From: Lama glama
Lineage: Eukaryota
Length of the DNA stretch: 64,000 nt
Assembly: GCA_028534125.1 (NCBI GenBank)
Contig: CM052817.1
Location: 5,890,001 to 5,954,000, forward strand
Reading direction: 5' to 3'
The translations under genes were made by a program, and so were the position numbers. This document shows positions 37,749 to 50,900 of the stretch, in pieces. Positions within the stretch are counted from its first letter, which is position 1. Each line of letters starts with the position of its first letter. Below the pieces are notes generated by a model. It saw nothing but the letters and a program-made list of their open reading frames with translations. It had not been told where the DNA came from and searched no databases.

Positions 37749-39232
37749 GCTTGCTGGGCTGCAGGGGAGCACACCCTGGCCCCCCTGCTCTTCTGATTGG
37801 GCCTCTCCTGCCGTAGAACTTGCTTTCGATTCACTTTGGGACTTTCCGAGGCTTGGATATGATCGGATGAGGTATAAACTTCAGGTGTTTGTCCAGGTTG
37901 AAATTCCAGGCTTCCTGAATCTATGGCTTGGCGGATGTAATTAAATTTGGAAAACTTGGCCATCATTCAGATACTTCAGGCAACACAGGAAGGCTCCAGG
38001 GACCGAGGCTGCCTCACTCATTCCTCTGGTCGATCAGGCTTTGGTAAATGGCTTGCAGGCCTTGTTGACCTGCGCTCTGAGTGCGTTGCTGACGGCTGCT
38101 CTCCCCCCTGCCTGCTGGAAGCACAAGATCTTTTCCTGATTGTCACAGCAAGGCCTGGTGGGGGCTGCCATAAGTAAAGGTAGTGAAATTGTGGGGACCC
38201 CCTCCGAGACAAAGTCTCCACTGGAGTTTATACCCTCAACCAGTCCCCAGAGCTGAAATGAATTTGCCAATTAGTTTAAAATGTGCTGCATCCAGCGCAG
38301 CTCGGGACTGTCTGAGGATGGGTAATGTAAGACTTAAGAAACAAAAAGACAAAATAAAGAGCAAAGGTGGGACCAGGGAACTCAAGATCTCATGGATCTA
38401 GAGCACCGAAAGCCTGGTCGACATCATATTTATTAGGAGTATACAGCGCAGAAAAAAATGCAGTCAAAGGGGTGGGGCTTTAGATATTCCATGCGATAAG
38501 CACCAAGTTCTGGTTGTTGTTAAACTGCTTAATTTCAGGCCTATCCCTTCCAGGAGCAATCACCCTCCTCAGGGTATGCAAGATTTCTAAGTTCATCCTG
38601 TGATTGCCTCCGGGACATCTCGAGATAGCAAATATTTCCCCTGGGTTAAACCGCATGCTTTCATGCCACAATAAAGTTCTGCTATTGGATGATCTGGCTT
38701 TCCAGGACCATCCATTGTTTCATCCTAAGGAAATATCTGCCCTCCTTGTGCCCTTATGGTCAATCTCAGGATTGCTCACCCCAAATTTTCTCTAGCATAA
38801 TATATGCTATAGGTCATCTACTGCGTAAAACATTAAAACAAAGCAAGCGTGTGCATTTAAGCAAGTAGGTGTGAATGTAGTACTTTAAGCTCATGGGAAT
38901 TTGGGTGCCGCTTGTTTCCCGGCAAAAAAGTTCCTGCAGGCACTGGGCTTCTATTCCCTGTAACTGGGGACTCTGTATCCTCTTGCCTGGCCCCCCGCTG
39001 GTCGAGGCAGCAGCTTGGCCTGCGACTTCTTTGGATCTAAGAAGTTGTTTCCAGTTTGTTTAATGTTTTTCCTTCCTACTGTGGGAGAGATGACTTCCAA
39101 GCTCTTTACATATCAGAGTCTGCCTCTCACCTGTAGGAAATCACTTATCTTTCCTCCGTTTTGTGACCATATTGACTGGGGTGGCTAAAACAATCTACTC
39201 ATTTCTGGAGGCTGGGAAGTCCCAGATCCAGG
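37749..39232. repeat. Copy B of the duplication, interrupted by a solo LTR
   Basis: Shared blocks include gaacttgcttt, tgcctgctggaagcac, ccagtccccagagctgaaatgaatttg, ttccaagctctttac and ctggaggctgggaagtccca. Confidence 0.85.
38284..38924 (-). mobile_element. Solo LTR, ERV2 (betaretrovirus-like), 641 bp
   Basis: TG...CA termini (minus strand TGCCGGGA...GCAGCA); 6-bp TSD AAAATG (38278-38283)/AAAAAG (38925-38930); minus-strand AATAAA at 38429-38434; absent from paralogous copy A. Confidence 0.8.
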
Positions 39233-39479
39233 TGTTGGAAGGCCCCTTTCTCTGGCCTGAAGACAGCAACCTTCTTGCTGTGCCCTCACGTTGCGAAGAA
39301 AGCATGTTCTCTGGTCCCTTCTACCCTTAAAAGGGCACTGATTCCATCATGGGGCTCCACCCTTGTGACTTCATCTAAGCCTAACCTCTCAAAGGCCCCA
39401 TTTCCAATTACTGTCACATTGAGGATTAGTGGTTCAACATTTGAACTTTAGGGGAAATAGAAACAGTGAGTCTCTAACA
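39165..39479. mobile_element. MLT1B-like MaLR LTR
   Basis: ctggaggctgggaagtcccagatc...aagggcactgattccatcatggggctccaccctt...aaaggccccatttccaattactgtcacatt...ctaaca. Confidence 0.8.
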
Positions 39480-39535
39480 GGTGGGCATTTAGCTGTCACT
39501 CTGAAATAGGTGAGCTGTTGTTTAACCCCCAAGAT

Positions 39536-40070
39536 CTTTTGTGATAAAAGATACATAACATAAAATTTGCCATTTGAACCATCTTATGTCTACAGCGGGT
39601 GGCAGTAATTAGTGATGGTTATACAATAGTGTTAGTATCACTGGAAAACTTGCTCATCACTCCACAAAGAAATTCTGCAGCCATTAAGCAATGACCCCCA
39701 TTCCCCTCCTTCCCCAGTCCTCGGCAACCTCTAACCTTCTTTATCTCTAACTTTTCTATTCTGTTTCATATGATTTGATCATAGCATTTGTGTTGTCTGG
39801 CTTATTTCACTTACAATAACTGGAAAATTCATCCATGTTGTAAGAGTGGTCAGAAATTCATTCCTTTTTCTGTCTGATAACAGTCTGTTACCTGGATGTA
39901 TCATATTTTATTTCTCCATCAGTTGATAGAGTTCCCACATTTTGGCTCTTGTGAATAATGGTGCAATGAACACTGGTTTACAGATACCTGTTTAAACCCA
40001 CGTTTTCAATTCTTTTGAGCATTTAGCAGGGATTACTGGGTCAAATGTAATCCTGCTTTGAAGATCTGTT
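39536..40070 (-). mobile_element. L1 3' end fragment (L1MB-like)
   Basis: catacataacataaaatttgccattt-like start...ttcatccatgttgta...gtgaataatggtgcaatgaaca...ggattactgggtca. Confidence 0.8.
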
Positions 40071-40818
40071 GAACCGTGAGCTGGCTCTGGAGGCAGCTCT
40101 GTGTAGACTTCCTCCTGAGGTCCTTTAGGAATAAAGCCCCCACTAGCTGACAGAATGAACCCTTTTTAGTTTCATACTTGAAATTGAACAACTAGGAGGG
40201 TCATATCTGCTTCATTAATGTCTGGGTCAGGAAGCCCAACCACCCATTCAAGTGGCTGAAATTCTTTCTTCAAGGGCACTCATGGGTCATTGGCTGTTAA
40301 GTGTCAACAGAATAGAAAGCTCAGTCTTCTTTTCTCGGTATGAATTTTTATATGAAGATCTACTCTATTAAGTAACCTCAGATTTTTGAAGCCAGTGACT
40401 CCTTTATTGGCAGAGAATAGAAACCACATTGGATCTCTTCCATAGCATCTCTTGAGATTGCCTCCTGTGCAGTACAACACCAAAAAATGTGCCAAACGTG
40501 TCCAGAATGACCAGCTCAACTTCCTTTAGGCAGCAAGTCTTGAAACTTGAGTGGTTCACCATAGTGCTTATCCTTTGATTTTGAGGGAATTTTTCTAGGC
40601 CTTGTCCTCAATACCTGGGGGTGGAGGGTCTGTCTAGTGATTAGTAAGAATGGAAATATTAACGTTTGCATCCCACTTCTGAGAATCAAGACTTGAGTGC
40701 TTTTATGACACTTCTAGAAGTTCTTTGGACTAACTGCTAAAAGTTTTACATTCTTAGAGGAATACTGGAGAAGATTCCTCTCCTGGAGAAGGTTGGTGGG
40801 GCAGTTCTAAAGCCATTA

Positions 40819-42998
40819 CAGGCACACCTGAAGATACTGCATGTTCTATTCCAGACACCACCACCAACAAAGTGAACCAGTGCCACATGAACTTTTCAGT
40901 TACTCAGTGCATGTAAAAGTTTACACTATACTGTAGCCTGTGTGTGCAACAGCATGTCTAAATGTCCATACCTGAGATACCTCTTGCTAAGAATTGCTAA
41001 CCATCCCCTGAGCCTTCAGTGAGCTGCAATCTTTTTGCTGGTGGAGAGTCTTGGCTTGATGTTGATGGCTGCTGACTTAGGGTGGTGGTTGCTGAAGGTT
41101 GGCGGGTAGTTTTGGCAGCTTCTTAAAATAATTCAACAATGAAGCTGGCCACATTGACTCTTCCTTTCACAATTTCTCTGTAGGAAGCAATGCTATTTGA
41201 TAGCATTTTACCCATGGTAGAACTGAAAATCTGATTCAGTCTTTCAAACCCTGCTGCTGCTTTGACTAAATTTACATAATATTCTAAATCCTTCGTCATC
41301 TCAACAGTATTCACAGCATCTTCACCGCATCTTCACCAGGAGCAGATCCTTTCTCCACTCATCCCTAAGAAGCAACTTCTCATCTATTTTATCAGGAGAT
41401 TGCAGTGATTTGGTCACCTCTTCAGGCTCTGCTTCTAATTCTAGTTCTCTTGCCGTTTCTACTACATCTGTAGGTCCTTCTCTGCTGAAGCCTTGACCCC
41501 CTCAAAGTTATCCAGGAGAGTTGGAATCAACTTCCAGACACGTGTGAATGTTTGCTTTGATCTCTTCCCATGAATGACCAAAGTTCCTCATGGCATCTAG
41601 AAGAGTGAATCCTTTCTAGAAGCTTTTCGGTTGACTTTGCCGAGATTCAGAGGAATCAGAGGCAGCTATAGCCTTATGCAATGTGTTTATCAAATAATAA
41701 GACTTGAAAGTCAAATTACTCCATGATGCATGGCTACAGCATGGGTGTTGTGAGTGGACATGAAAACACACATCTCANNNNNNNNNNNNNNNNNNNNNNN
41801 NNNNNNNNNNNNNNNNNNNNNNNNNNNNNNNNNNNNNNNNNNNNNNNNNNNNNNNNNNNNNNNNNNNNNNNNNNNNNNNNNNNNNNNNNNNNNNNNNNNN
41901 NNNNNTGTGCTGCCATTTGGGCTTTGTGGCCTTCATAGCACACAGGCAGTCAATTTAACATGGTCAAGAGCCCTAGGATTTTTGGAAGGGTAAATGAACA
42001 TTGGATTCAACTTAGTCCCCAGCTGCATTAGCCCCTAACAAGAAGTCAATGTGTCTTTTGAAACTCAGGCCAGATATTGACTTCTCCTCTTCAGCTATGA
42101 GATTCTCCAATATGAGGCTGCTTTTCTGCATTGAAAAAAATCTCTTGTTTAGTGTAGTGAATCTTTGTGGATAATCATTGCTGGATCTTCTGGAAAACTT
42201 GCTGTGTGGCTTTTACATCAGCGCTTGCTGCTTCACCTGCCACTGAAGTTTGGACATGGCTCCTTCCCTTAAACCTTATGAGCCAACCTCTCTTTCTGTT
42301 GGTTCCAACTTTTTCTGCAGCTTCCTCCCCTCTGGCTTCAGAGAGTTAGGGTCTTGCTCTAGATTAGGCTTTGGCCCACGGGAAAGTTGTGGCTGGCTTG
42401 TTCTATCCAGACCATTCCAGGGTTCTCCATTTCAGCAATAAGGCTGCTTAACTTTGTTCACTGGATTGGCACTTCCAGTTTCCTTCAAGAACTTCTCCTC
42501 TGCATTCACCACTTGGCTCTTTGGCAAGAGAGGCTGCTTTCAGCCTATCTCGGCTTTCGAAATGCCTTCCTTACTAAGCTTAATCATGTCTGGCTTCTGA
42601 TGTAAAGTGAGAGACATGCCACTCTTCTTTCACTCGAATGCTTGGAGGCCATTGTGGGGTTATTCACTGGCCTGATGTTGTGTCTCTGGAAACAGGGAAG
42701 CACAAAGAAAGGGAGAGAAGGTAGAATGGTGAGTTGGGGAGTCAGGACCCATTTATGTGGGTGCAGTTCATGGTGCCCCAAACAAGAGTAACATCAAAGA
42801 TCATTGATCAGATTAGCATAACAAATAGTAGTGAAAGTTTGAAACATGTGAGAATACCAAAATTGTGACAAACATGTAGTGAGCACGTGCTGGAAAAATG
42901 GCCCTGACGCTTACGGATGCAGGCTTGCCACAAACCTTTAATTTGAGGGGAAAAGAGCAGTCTGTAAAGTGAGGCCCAACATAGACGAGGTATGTGTG
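40819..42998 (-). mobile_element. Tigger1 (TcMar-Tigger) DNA transposon, near full length, decayed
   Basis: TA|CAGGCACACCTG...ACGAGGTATGTGTG terminal inverted repeats; transposase remnant NTVEMTKDLEYYVNLVKAAAGFER...GKMLSNSIASYREIV at 41123-41314. Confidence 0.92.
41778..41905. other. Assembly gap (128 N)
   Basis: Run of n inside the Tigger1 element. Confidence 0.99.
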
Positions 42999-44906
42999 TG
43001 AAGCTGTCTTGGTGGTTGGATCCTGCCCTGAAATGACTGAGTCTGGGTGTCCCAGGGAGGCCTGGATGATCATCTGTGGCTGGACCTCTGTCTTCCCTGG
43101 TGAGATAGTGCACAGAAAGGGCTATGGGAGCCGCGGGGGCATTCTTGCTCCATGGTACAGCCATCCAGGGCACCTGCAGGTAATGAGGTTGGATGTCCCA
43201 TGCTTTTCCTCTGAAGGTCAGCCTCAAACACAAGCTGTGTGCTCATGCCTGAAGGTGTGTGGTGTGCCCACCTGACTGTCCGTGCAGAATGGGGAAGCTG
43301 GGCGCTGCCCGATGGCCTGCCCTCTCTACCCCGGCACTAAATAACCCCTTATTATATGATTTATATAAGGGCATCCTTAGAACCCCTGGGCTTGTGCCCC
43401 TCGTGGAGCCTGGAGAATCTCCCAAGGAGCACCTCTTGCATCTGAGTTCACTCTTCTAGAATAACTCCCGCTTCTGAAGCGCAGTCTGTGGGCCTGCAGT
43501 GTGGGGGGGGTGCCTGTCCTTGTGCTGACCTGCTCTGGCCAGAGGGAGCAGTTGGCCAAGAGATGGGGGAGGGGAGTGAGCCCCCTCCTCTCCCAGAGGA
43601 GAGGAGGCTGGCCTGGCCAGAGGACCAGACCTTGTCTCAAGTGTCCCTTGCTGGTCTCCATTTGGCTGTCAAGTGCCAGCACTGCTGGAGGCCGGCCTGT
43701 GATGCCGCCTTGGGGAGGAGTGGGCCATAGTGCTGTCAAAGCCACCTGCGGACTCACCATTTTCCGCAGGGTCCCCTGTGATAAGCAGCCCGACTTTCTG
43801 AACTTCCAATAGTGTGAATGATGATCGAAGAGTGAAAATCTACATGCAGCTCTGATTTGAGTTAATAAGGACCTGACATTAAGCGTCATGGTTTTCGTCT
43901 GTCACAGATCTTGAAATTTATCACTTCTGCCAGGTGGCAGTGAGTGGATTTGACAAAATCGCTACTTAAACTGACTTGTTAGGCAATTCCGTTTTGCTGT
44001 TCATCTGCTGTGGGTATATTGTATAGTATTCAAAAAAAAAATCACCGAGGCCCTCCTTGGAGAATGCCTGTCAGCTTTGTCAGGGATATGAGCTTTCAGA
44101 CTAGGCTGTCCTGTACCCTTAATCTCTTACCACTAAGGAACGAACCATAGACGCCGCTCTATTCCATGTTACTGCATGACAAAGCGAGTTTTAACATGTC
44201 TTGTAAGGAGCATTTTTAGACATACACATATGTAGTGAGCATAATGTGTATGCAGGGCAGCCTCCTGGACTCCGCAATTTGTTCTTGATCAAATGCTCTC
44301 AAAGTCTCACCTGAGGCAGTTACGACAGTTGGGCGAATTAGAGGTGATCATGGGATGCTGACTGTGACAAGCAGATGGCCCATGTCACTCACTGCTGTCC
44401 CTGGACCACTCCCCCTGCAGATGGGCTCTGGGAGAGGATGTCTCCCAAGTCCTGCTTAGCTTTGGTGTGGCTAGGTGCCTTCATGGTTAAGAGAATGCCC
44501 CCATGGGACTCTCCAGAGATGAGACTGTCTCATGCTAGCACATCTTGCTACCTGTGCACAGCATCTCTGGCTCATCCAGCTGCTCCAGGATGGATGTGGT
44601 TGGGAGCTCCTTAGGGGTGTTTGTGTTCTGGTGCCCTCTGGCCGGAAGGTCATGTAGTGAGCCAAGCCAGGGCCGGCTGAGCCCTGAGGCTGATTTAGGG
44701 CCAGTGGAGAGGATGCAGTTGGAGAAAAGATGTGCCCAGGCCTACTCCTGAGATACCCAGTAGGTTTTCAGGGTATTCCAAGATTGGCCTTGTCTCCATT
44801 AAGGTCTGATGATCTTGAGCACAGGCTCCCTAGGGGGGGCTTGGGAGACCAGAGTGTTAAGCTTCCAGGGGTTTCTCATCTCCATGTCTGCTGTTGTGAT
44901 GCCCCA

Positions 44907-44925
44907 GGGCCACCAGGTGGTGCCA
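44907..44925 (+). promoter_or_regulatory. Candidate CTCF site
   Basis: GGGCCACCAGGTGGTGCCA closely matches the CTCF core CCACCAGG(G/T)GGCGC. Confidence 0.45.
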
Positions 44926-45244
44926 GAGGACTCCCCTGGTCCAGCTGCTGGGAGGGCAACTAGGGACTCAAGGATGGGATCAAGGATGTCGTTGGGGCGT
45001 CATTCCTCTGTCGGACCATCTCTGCTCTTGCTCTTTTCCTGCAGAGGATTCCTGGTCCTGTGTGAATCGCCTCTCCACATACTAAACTCACCTTTTGAGA
45101 CATAATTACTCGCCTGCTGGAGAGCCTGGGATCTGACTCTCTCAGGCCCAGGCTGTGCGCCATGCAGGGCAACTCACTTTATCACAAAATCCTGTGCGTT
45201 GTGAACACCTTGTAATGTTACGCATATGGCCGCAGGCATAAACT

Positions 45245-45762
45245 CTTTTTTAACACCTTTATTGTAGTATGGTACCAACTACACATATTTCAGATGTACA
45301 ATTTGAATTTTGATAGATGTGTACACCCATGAAACCACCACAACCAAGACAACATTTCCATCATTCCCCAGGAGGTGCAAACTTGAAACTCCCAATTTAC
45401 CCCTTCCTACCCCTTTTACCCCTGGTAATCAGAAGTTCTCTTTGTGGGTCTGTTTGTTTTGTAAATAAGTTCATTTGTTCATTTTAGATTCCGCATGTAA
45501 GAGATATAACATGGCATTTTTCTTTTTCTGGCTTACTTCACTTAGAAGGATGATCTCCAGATCCATCCATGTTGCTGCAAATGGCATTTTATTTTTTATG
45601 GTTGAGTAGTGTTCCATTGTATATATATACCACATTGTATGTATATCCAGACCTCTGTCAATGGACATTTGGGTTGTTTCCTTGTCTTGGCTATTGTAAA
45701 TAGTGCTGCTGTGAACACTGGGATGCATAGGTCCCTTTGAATTATATTTTTCTCTGGATATA
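45245..45762 (-). mobile_element. L1 3' fragments
   Basis: ctggcttacttcacttagaaggatgatctccagatccatccatgttgctgcaaatggca...ctattgtaaatagtgctgc; ORF 45471-45728 contains MPFAATWMDLEIILLSEVSQ. Confidence 0.9.
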
Positions 45763-47004
45763 AGGTATAAACTTTTGTTTCTGAGAAATTCTTATAATAG
45801 TCATATAAAACGAAAAACTTCACTTTGGAACCACAGTTTTAAAGTTGAACTTAAAATTGCAAAGGCAACAAACTATTACATGATAAGCAACTAAGCATGT
45901 CTACAAATTCAAAAAGCCTAAGGTGACAAACCATAATCTAGGAGGTTATCAGTTACCATGTTTTCATTTGAGTCTAAATCTTTGATTCTTGAGTATTTAA
46001 GGAACAAAATTTGGACTTTATGACTACAACATAGACATTCAGCAAGTTGTAGTGACCCTAGCAATGTCTAAAGTTTTACTGAAATGTATTTTACACATGT
46101 GGAACACTGGAAACATACCTAAGAGCCCACAGCTACATTTCAGTTGCTAGGTTTTTAGGAGGATCTGGAAGTCTTTATTCAGACTTCTATACTATTGAGC
46201 TAAGTTTCTTAAGCTTATGGTCCAACTTGCCACTCAACTGCTTTTTTAGATAGAGGATTTCTGTTGAAACTAGGAGTAAGCACCCAGCAACAGACGTCCA
46301 GGTCGAGTCTTCATAGGCCAGGCCTCGCTAGAAATCTGAAGGACAAAGAGCATTTGGGACCATTCCAAGAATCTAGCAAACAACCTTGATCTGGTGTCTG
46401 TTTCACCAATAGCCTAAGGGCACTCCAAGTATATTATCAGCAGAGGTGTAAGGACAGAATCAGTTGTCTTGACCTACTAAAGGGACATGCAAGGACAAGC
46501 AGAGAAAAGGGTTCAAATAGGATCTTTACAAAAGGTTAAATTGTTCTTCTGTGATTAGTGTTGTCTGCCTTAGCTCTAAGAATGATAACATTCTCCTTTC
46601 ATGCTCAGCTTAGCTCTCTGATCTGGAGACAGAACGTGGATTCTGTCTTTTTTTTTTTTTTTTTCCCTGCACTAATTGGGAAACTGCTGATTCACTGAGA
46701 TGCAGACTTTCAGAGGGGAGCCTCCTGGATCAGACTCAGGGAGGGACGGGAAGGGATGGGGGACAGGCATGCACAGACCTCTGCTCAGTGTCAGGGGGTG
46801 CAAGGCTGCATTCTCCATCAGTGTGATCACAACCCTTGTTCCAGTGGCTACCTTCACCAAGAGCCAAACTTCTTCCAGTGAAGCTGAGATGAGCCTGGAA
46901 ACACTATTGGGGAGAATGTGGCTGAAACACTGCAGCCTTTTGGGATGGACTGGAGGAAAGGCGAGGTTGAAGAGCTGGAGACCTGCTAGGTCTTAAGAGA
47001 TGAA

Positions 47005-47830
47005 CAACCTGGGAAATCCAAGATGAAGTTGCCAGTGATGCAGGAACAAATGGGGCGTGTGAGAGAATGGCCATGGCCAAGGTCTCAGTCAAGTCCCTGG
47101 GATGCACCCCGCCAAGTGAGGGTCCTTGGCTTCCAGCAGGAGAGAATTCAAGAGCGAGCCATAGTTGAATAAAAGTAGGTTTATTCAGAAAAGTGTACAC
47201 TCCACAGAGTGCTGGCCATCTCAGGTGAGAGAGAGCCACTATGAGGTGTGGGGTTAGTTTTTATGGGCTTGGTAACTTCATATGCTAATGGGTAGGAGGG
47301 TAATTCCAACTACTTTGGGGAAGGGGCGGGGATTCCCAGGAATTGGGCCACTGCCCTCTTTGACCTTTCATGGTTAACCTTGGAACTATCATGGCCCCTG
47401 TGGGTGTGTCATTCACCATGCTAACACATTACAGTGCGTATAATGAAGCTCATGGTCAGCTGGAGGTTGAGTATCCCGCCATCTTGGGCCTCAGACTATT
47501 GGGAGTTGATTTTCTGCCATCTTGGTGGTAGCTACTGTGTCACTCCTTTAATGGCTGTGTCCTGCCCTCTTTCTCCCTGTCTCTCCAGGAGATTGGTTTC
47601 CTGGTGAGAGCTTTCCTCCTGGCTTACAGATAACCATCTTCTGTTTCATGTGGTAGAAAGCAAGGGCGTGCTGGTCTCCTTCCTCTTTGGAGGCCACTAA
47701 TCCCATCATGGGAGACCCACCCATATGACCTCATCTAAACCTAATTACCTCCCAAGGCCTCACCTCCCAGTTCCATCATATTGGGGGTTGGGCTTCACAT
47801 GAATCTGGGGGGTCATGTTCACTCCCAACA
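47005..47830. mobile_element. MLT1 LTR split by the ERV1 LTR
   Basis: ctgggaaatccaagatgaagttgccag | gagattggtttcctggtgagagc...cactaatcccatcatgg...atgacctcatctaaacctaattacctcccaaggc. Confidence 0.8.
47036..47584 (-). mobile_element. ERV1-type solo LTR (549 bp) nested in an MLT1 LTR
   Basis: Begins TG and is flanked by a 4-bp TSD CCAG (47032-47035 / 47585-47588). Minus-strand AATAAA at 47180-47185, TATA-like CATAAAAA at ~47260, CCAAT at ~47343. Confidence 0.85.
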
Positions 47831-47879
47831 GTGTCACCAGATTTTGGACTCAATCTGACTGTAATCCCATGAACAGATT

Positions 47880-48330
47880 TCTCAGTTTAACTTTCCCAGA
47901 AAGCAGACCCTGAGACAAGGGATACGGATGTAGGCAGTTCATCTGGTAGGTGGTCCCAGGAAGCACGAGGGAGACTGAGGAAAATGGGACCAGGGAAGGA
48001 GAAAGTCAAATGGTGTGTTAGCGGGTTTATTGCTATGGGCATCTGGGCCTCAGCCCCTCAGGGGAGCCTGTGATACACTGTACTGCGTAGTGCACATCTG
48101 GTGACACTCCTGTGCAATGGGGTGGCCGAGGCAGTCGCCTGATGACCATCTCTCCCTTGTTGGTTGAGAGCGGGGGTGGGTATCCTCAAGGGCATTCACT
48201 GCAGTTTATGGTCTGTGGCTGAGCAAGCGCCCATGGTACCAAAGAAAGCAGGCAAACAGATGTGGGCACTTGAGCTGGGGAGGCCATGGATGTGCTGAAG
48301 ATGTTTTCCAAAACTGCTGGTGAATGTGGG
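47880..48330. mobile_element. ERVL-class LTR (LTR16/LTR33-like)
   Basis: ttcccagaaagcagaccctgagacaagg...ggtggtcccaggaagcac. Confidence 0.6.
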
Positions 48331-48699
48331 TGGGTCGGGGAAAAGCATCACATGTCTGATTCTTCTCACCCCTTGGACCACGTTGAGTCTGCTGCCACTA
48401 CTTCTTGACGGTTGTGCAGTTGTTTTCTGGGAAGGGTACTCTGAGGCTGACTTAGGAATGCAAGAGTATGCAGTATGTTTATCATGGGGCAGAGGAAAGG
48501 ACTAGGCACAAGTTAGACTGGGATAGAAGATGGACCAGGAACCAGGTGGAGAGCACCTGTGGGTGTCTTCCATTAGTTGCCCCCACTAGTCATCCCACAC
48601 CAGACGGGTATGTCTGGGATTTTTACTCCTGGCTCCTTTGGTCCCTGCATGTGGCCTGACAGCTAGCTGGAAGCTCTCTAGCCTACTGTGCTCCCTGCC

Positions 48700-50900
48700 A
48701 AGCAACATGTCCTTCCTTAAAGGGAGATCTCTGTGGTGCATTTCTTTTGAAACACTCCACCTCTGCAGTTCATCAGTCTGGTGCTTTAGCTGCACATTTA
48801 AGAAGTCATTTCAATGACCAGTTGATCTGACAGCTTCTGGATGATACAGGAGAAAATGAAGGTTCCTGTGATCGTGTGTCCATTGTTTATCCTCGTCTGA
48901 GATGGATCACTTGCTCCAGGTGACTTACATGGGCTTCCATGCAGTAACTTAGGTATCCTGGAAGCCCCCACTGTTGCTCACACAGGCACTGTGCATGGAA
49001 GTGCTTGGGCATGGAAGGTGGATTCAAATCCAGAATAGTTACCACAGTAGGACAGATGCTTCCTTTGGGATGGAGGGGTCAGATGTAACCACCTTGCCAA
49101 CAAGAGGCTGGAGGATGCCCTGTGGAGGGCTTAGCACCTGTGTCTGCTGACCACCAGCTTTAAAACAATGGCAGTAGCTAGACTGGCTTTGAGAGGGAGC
49201 CATGATGTTGGACCAACAGAATGGTAGGCCCTTTTCTGCAGGTGCTCGGGTGGCTGAGCGTGGAAGCTGGCTGACTTCTAGGGAAGTTACCCTATCCGCT
49301 TGCTGGGGGCATCTTCTGTGATGATCTGAGAGACACTGTCTCGTGATTTGGAAAAACAAAACAAAACACAAAAACTTAGGCTTTGTGCCTTTTCCCATAG
49401 GTCTTCCTACATGCCTCTTCCCTAGACCCCCTTGTTTCTAATCTTCTAGTCTTGCTGCTTCCAGGACTGACAGCCAGCCAGCCTGTTTGCTAATACATGT
49501 GATTCTGAATATCCATCTTAGACCCCATTTCATGTCATATGAGAAATGACCGAGTGTACTGACTGAACTTATGCCTGTGGGGAGAATTTTCCCTCCGTGT
49601 TCCTTAGGGTATCCTCTAAGGAGTCCACGGTGCAGTGGTGCATTAACATTCATTGTTATATATGGAACAAATCCATCTGTGAACCAGGGCTCGAATTTTC
49701 CCTCCTTGACACAGAGATTTTGCCATGGGGCCACAGGTGTAAGCTGAGATGTAGAGGTGTGACAGAGGTAGGGGATGATGGGGGTGTGGAGTTAATTCTT
49801 ATAATTTAAATGCAACCTTAGATTTGTTTGGGACTTACAACAAATATATTATCTGCATAAAACTGATAGTGCCTATGTGACCTTATGCCTTTGAGCCTTA
49901 TGTCATCTGGCTCATAATGGGAAGTTCTAAACCCACACTTGATGTTTCATGGCTAGAAATTCAGTCTATAAGGTCTTAGTAACGTGCTTGGAGGTGATCT
50001 CCAAGTTAAGATTTTCTTTTCTTTTCTTTTCTTTTCTTTTCTTTTCTTTTCTTTTCTTTTCTTTTCTTTTTTAACAGGCAAATGTATGAACTTTGAAATC
50101 TTAGGGGTCTGATGTTAACTTCCACATTGTGGCTATAGGTGTGTTCCAGAATACTTGGTACTTGTGATTTCCAGGTCTAACCATATAATGCCAACGATAA
50201 GGTAGACCAAAAGTATCTTCTGTGCAGAGTAGGTGTTGCCCTAAGTGACTTGTGTCATAGAAGAAAAAATGCAGCTGTGTTTAGGGTTCATTCATGCCAA
50301 ATTCGTGGAGAGCTCGGGGCAGGTGTTGGTTCTAAGTTTGGCTCCTTTAAAGCACATCCCGTTCCTATTTTTAGGCGTCTGAAGATACAGGTCAGTTGGA
50401 GATACTGATGAAACTGTCATTGTGGATGTCACCTAACTACTAAGTCCCTGGTTTGAACATTTTGCCATAGTCCAGTAGTCCTTGGAAATCTGATCTTGTG
50501 GGAACCATGGGCGCTTGCCGCAGACACTGACTTGGTACATGTAAAGAATAAATCCTTTAACTGAGTGAGTTTGCCTTGCTCGCCTGAGAGACCCTGGAAT
50601 CTCCAGCTATCTAGATCTACTTTGGCTTCTACCCAGGTATCAGGAGCTACCCTGACTGCTGCAGTTTGACTTCAGTTATTCAGAATATTCTTACTTTATC
50701 CAGGCAACAGTCATCTGTAGGAACTACGGCTTCTTCCTGCAGAGGACGAGGTTTCCAGTTCACGTCGCGGAGTTCCAGCAAACATTGGCATTCTCTGCAA
50801 GGTTCGTGACTTAAACACCAGTTCATTTCTATGTATACAAACAGACCCAGGCTCTGTCCTATAGACAAACATGAGACCACTGCTTCCTAGCTGGCTTTTT
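48700..50900 (-). mobile_element. Decayed ERVL internal pol region (RNase H remnant)
   Basis: Minus-strand WFTDG at 49672-49686 matches the ERVL RNase H motif AWFTDGS; ERVL-class LTRs lie on both sides. Confidence 0.65.
50012..50072. repeat. (TTTTC)n microsatellite
   Basis: Read directly from the sequence. Confidence 0.97.

Noticed and set aside
43345-43372. AT-rich imperfect hairpin CCCTT..TTATAT..ATATAA..GGG
   Set aside because: Too short and low-complexity to support a miRNA or other structured RNA.
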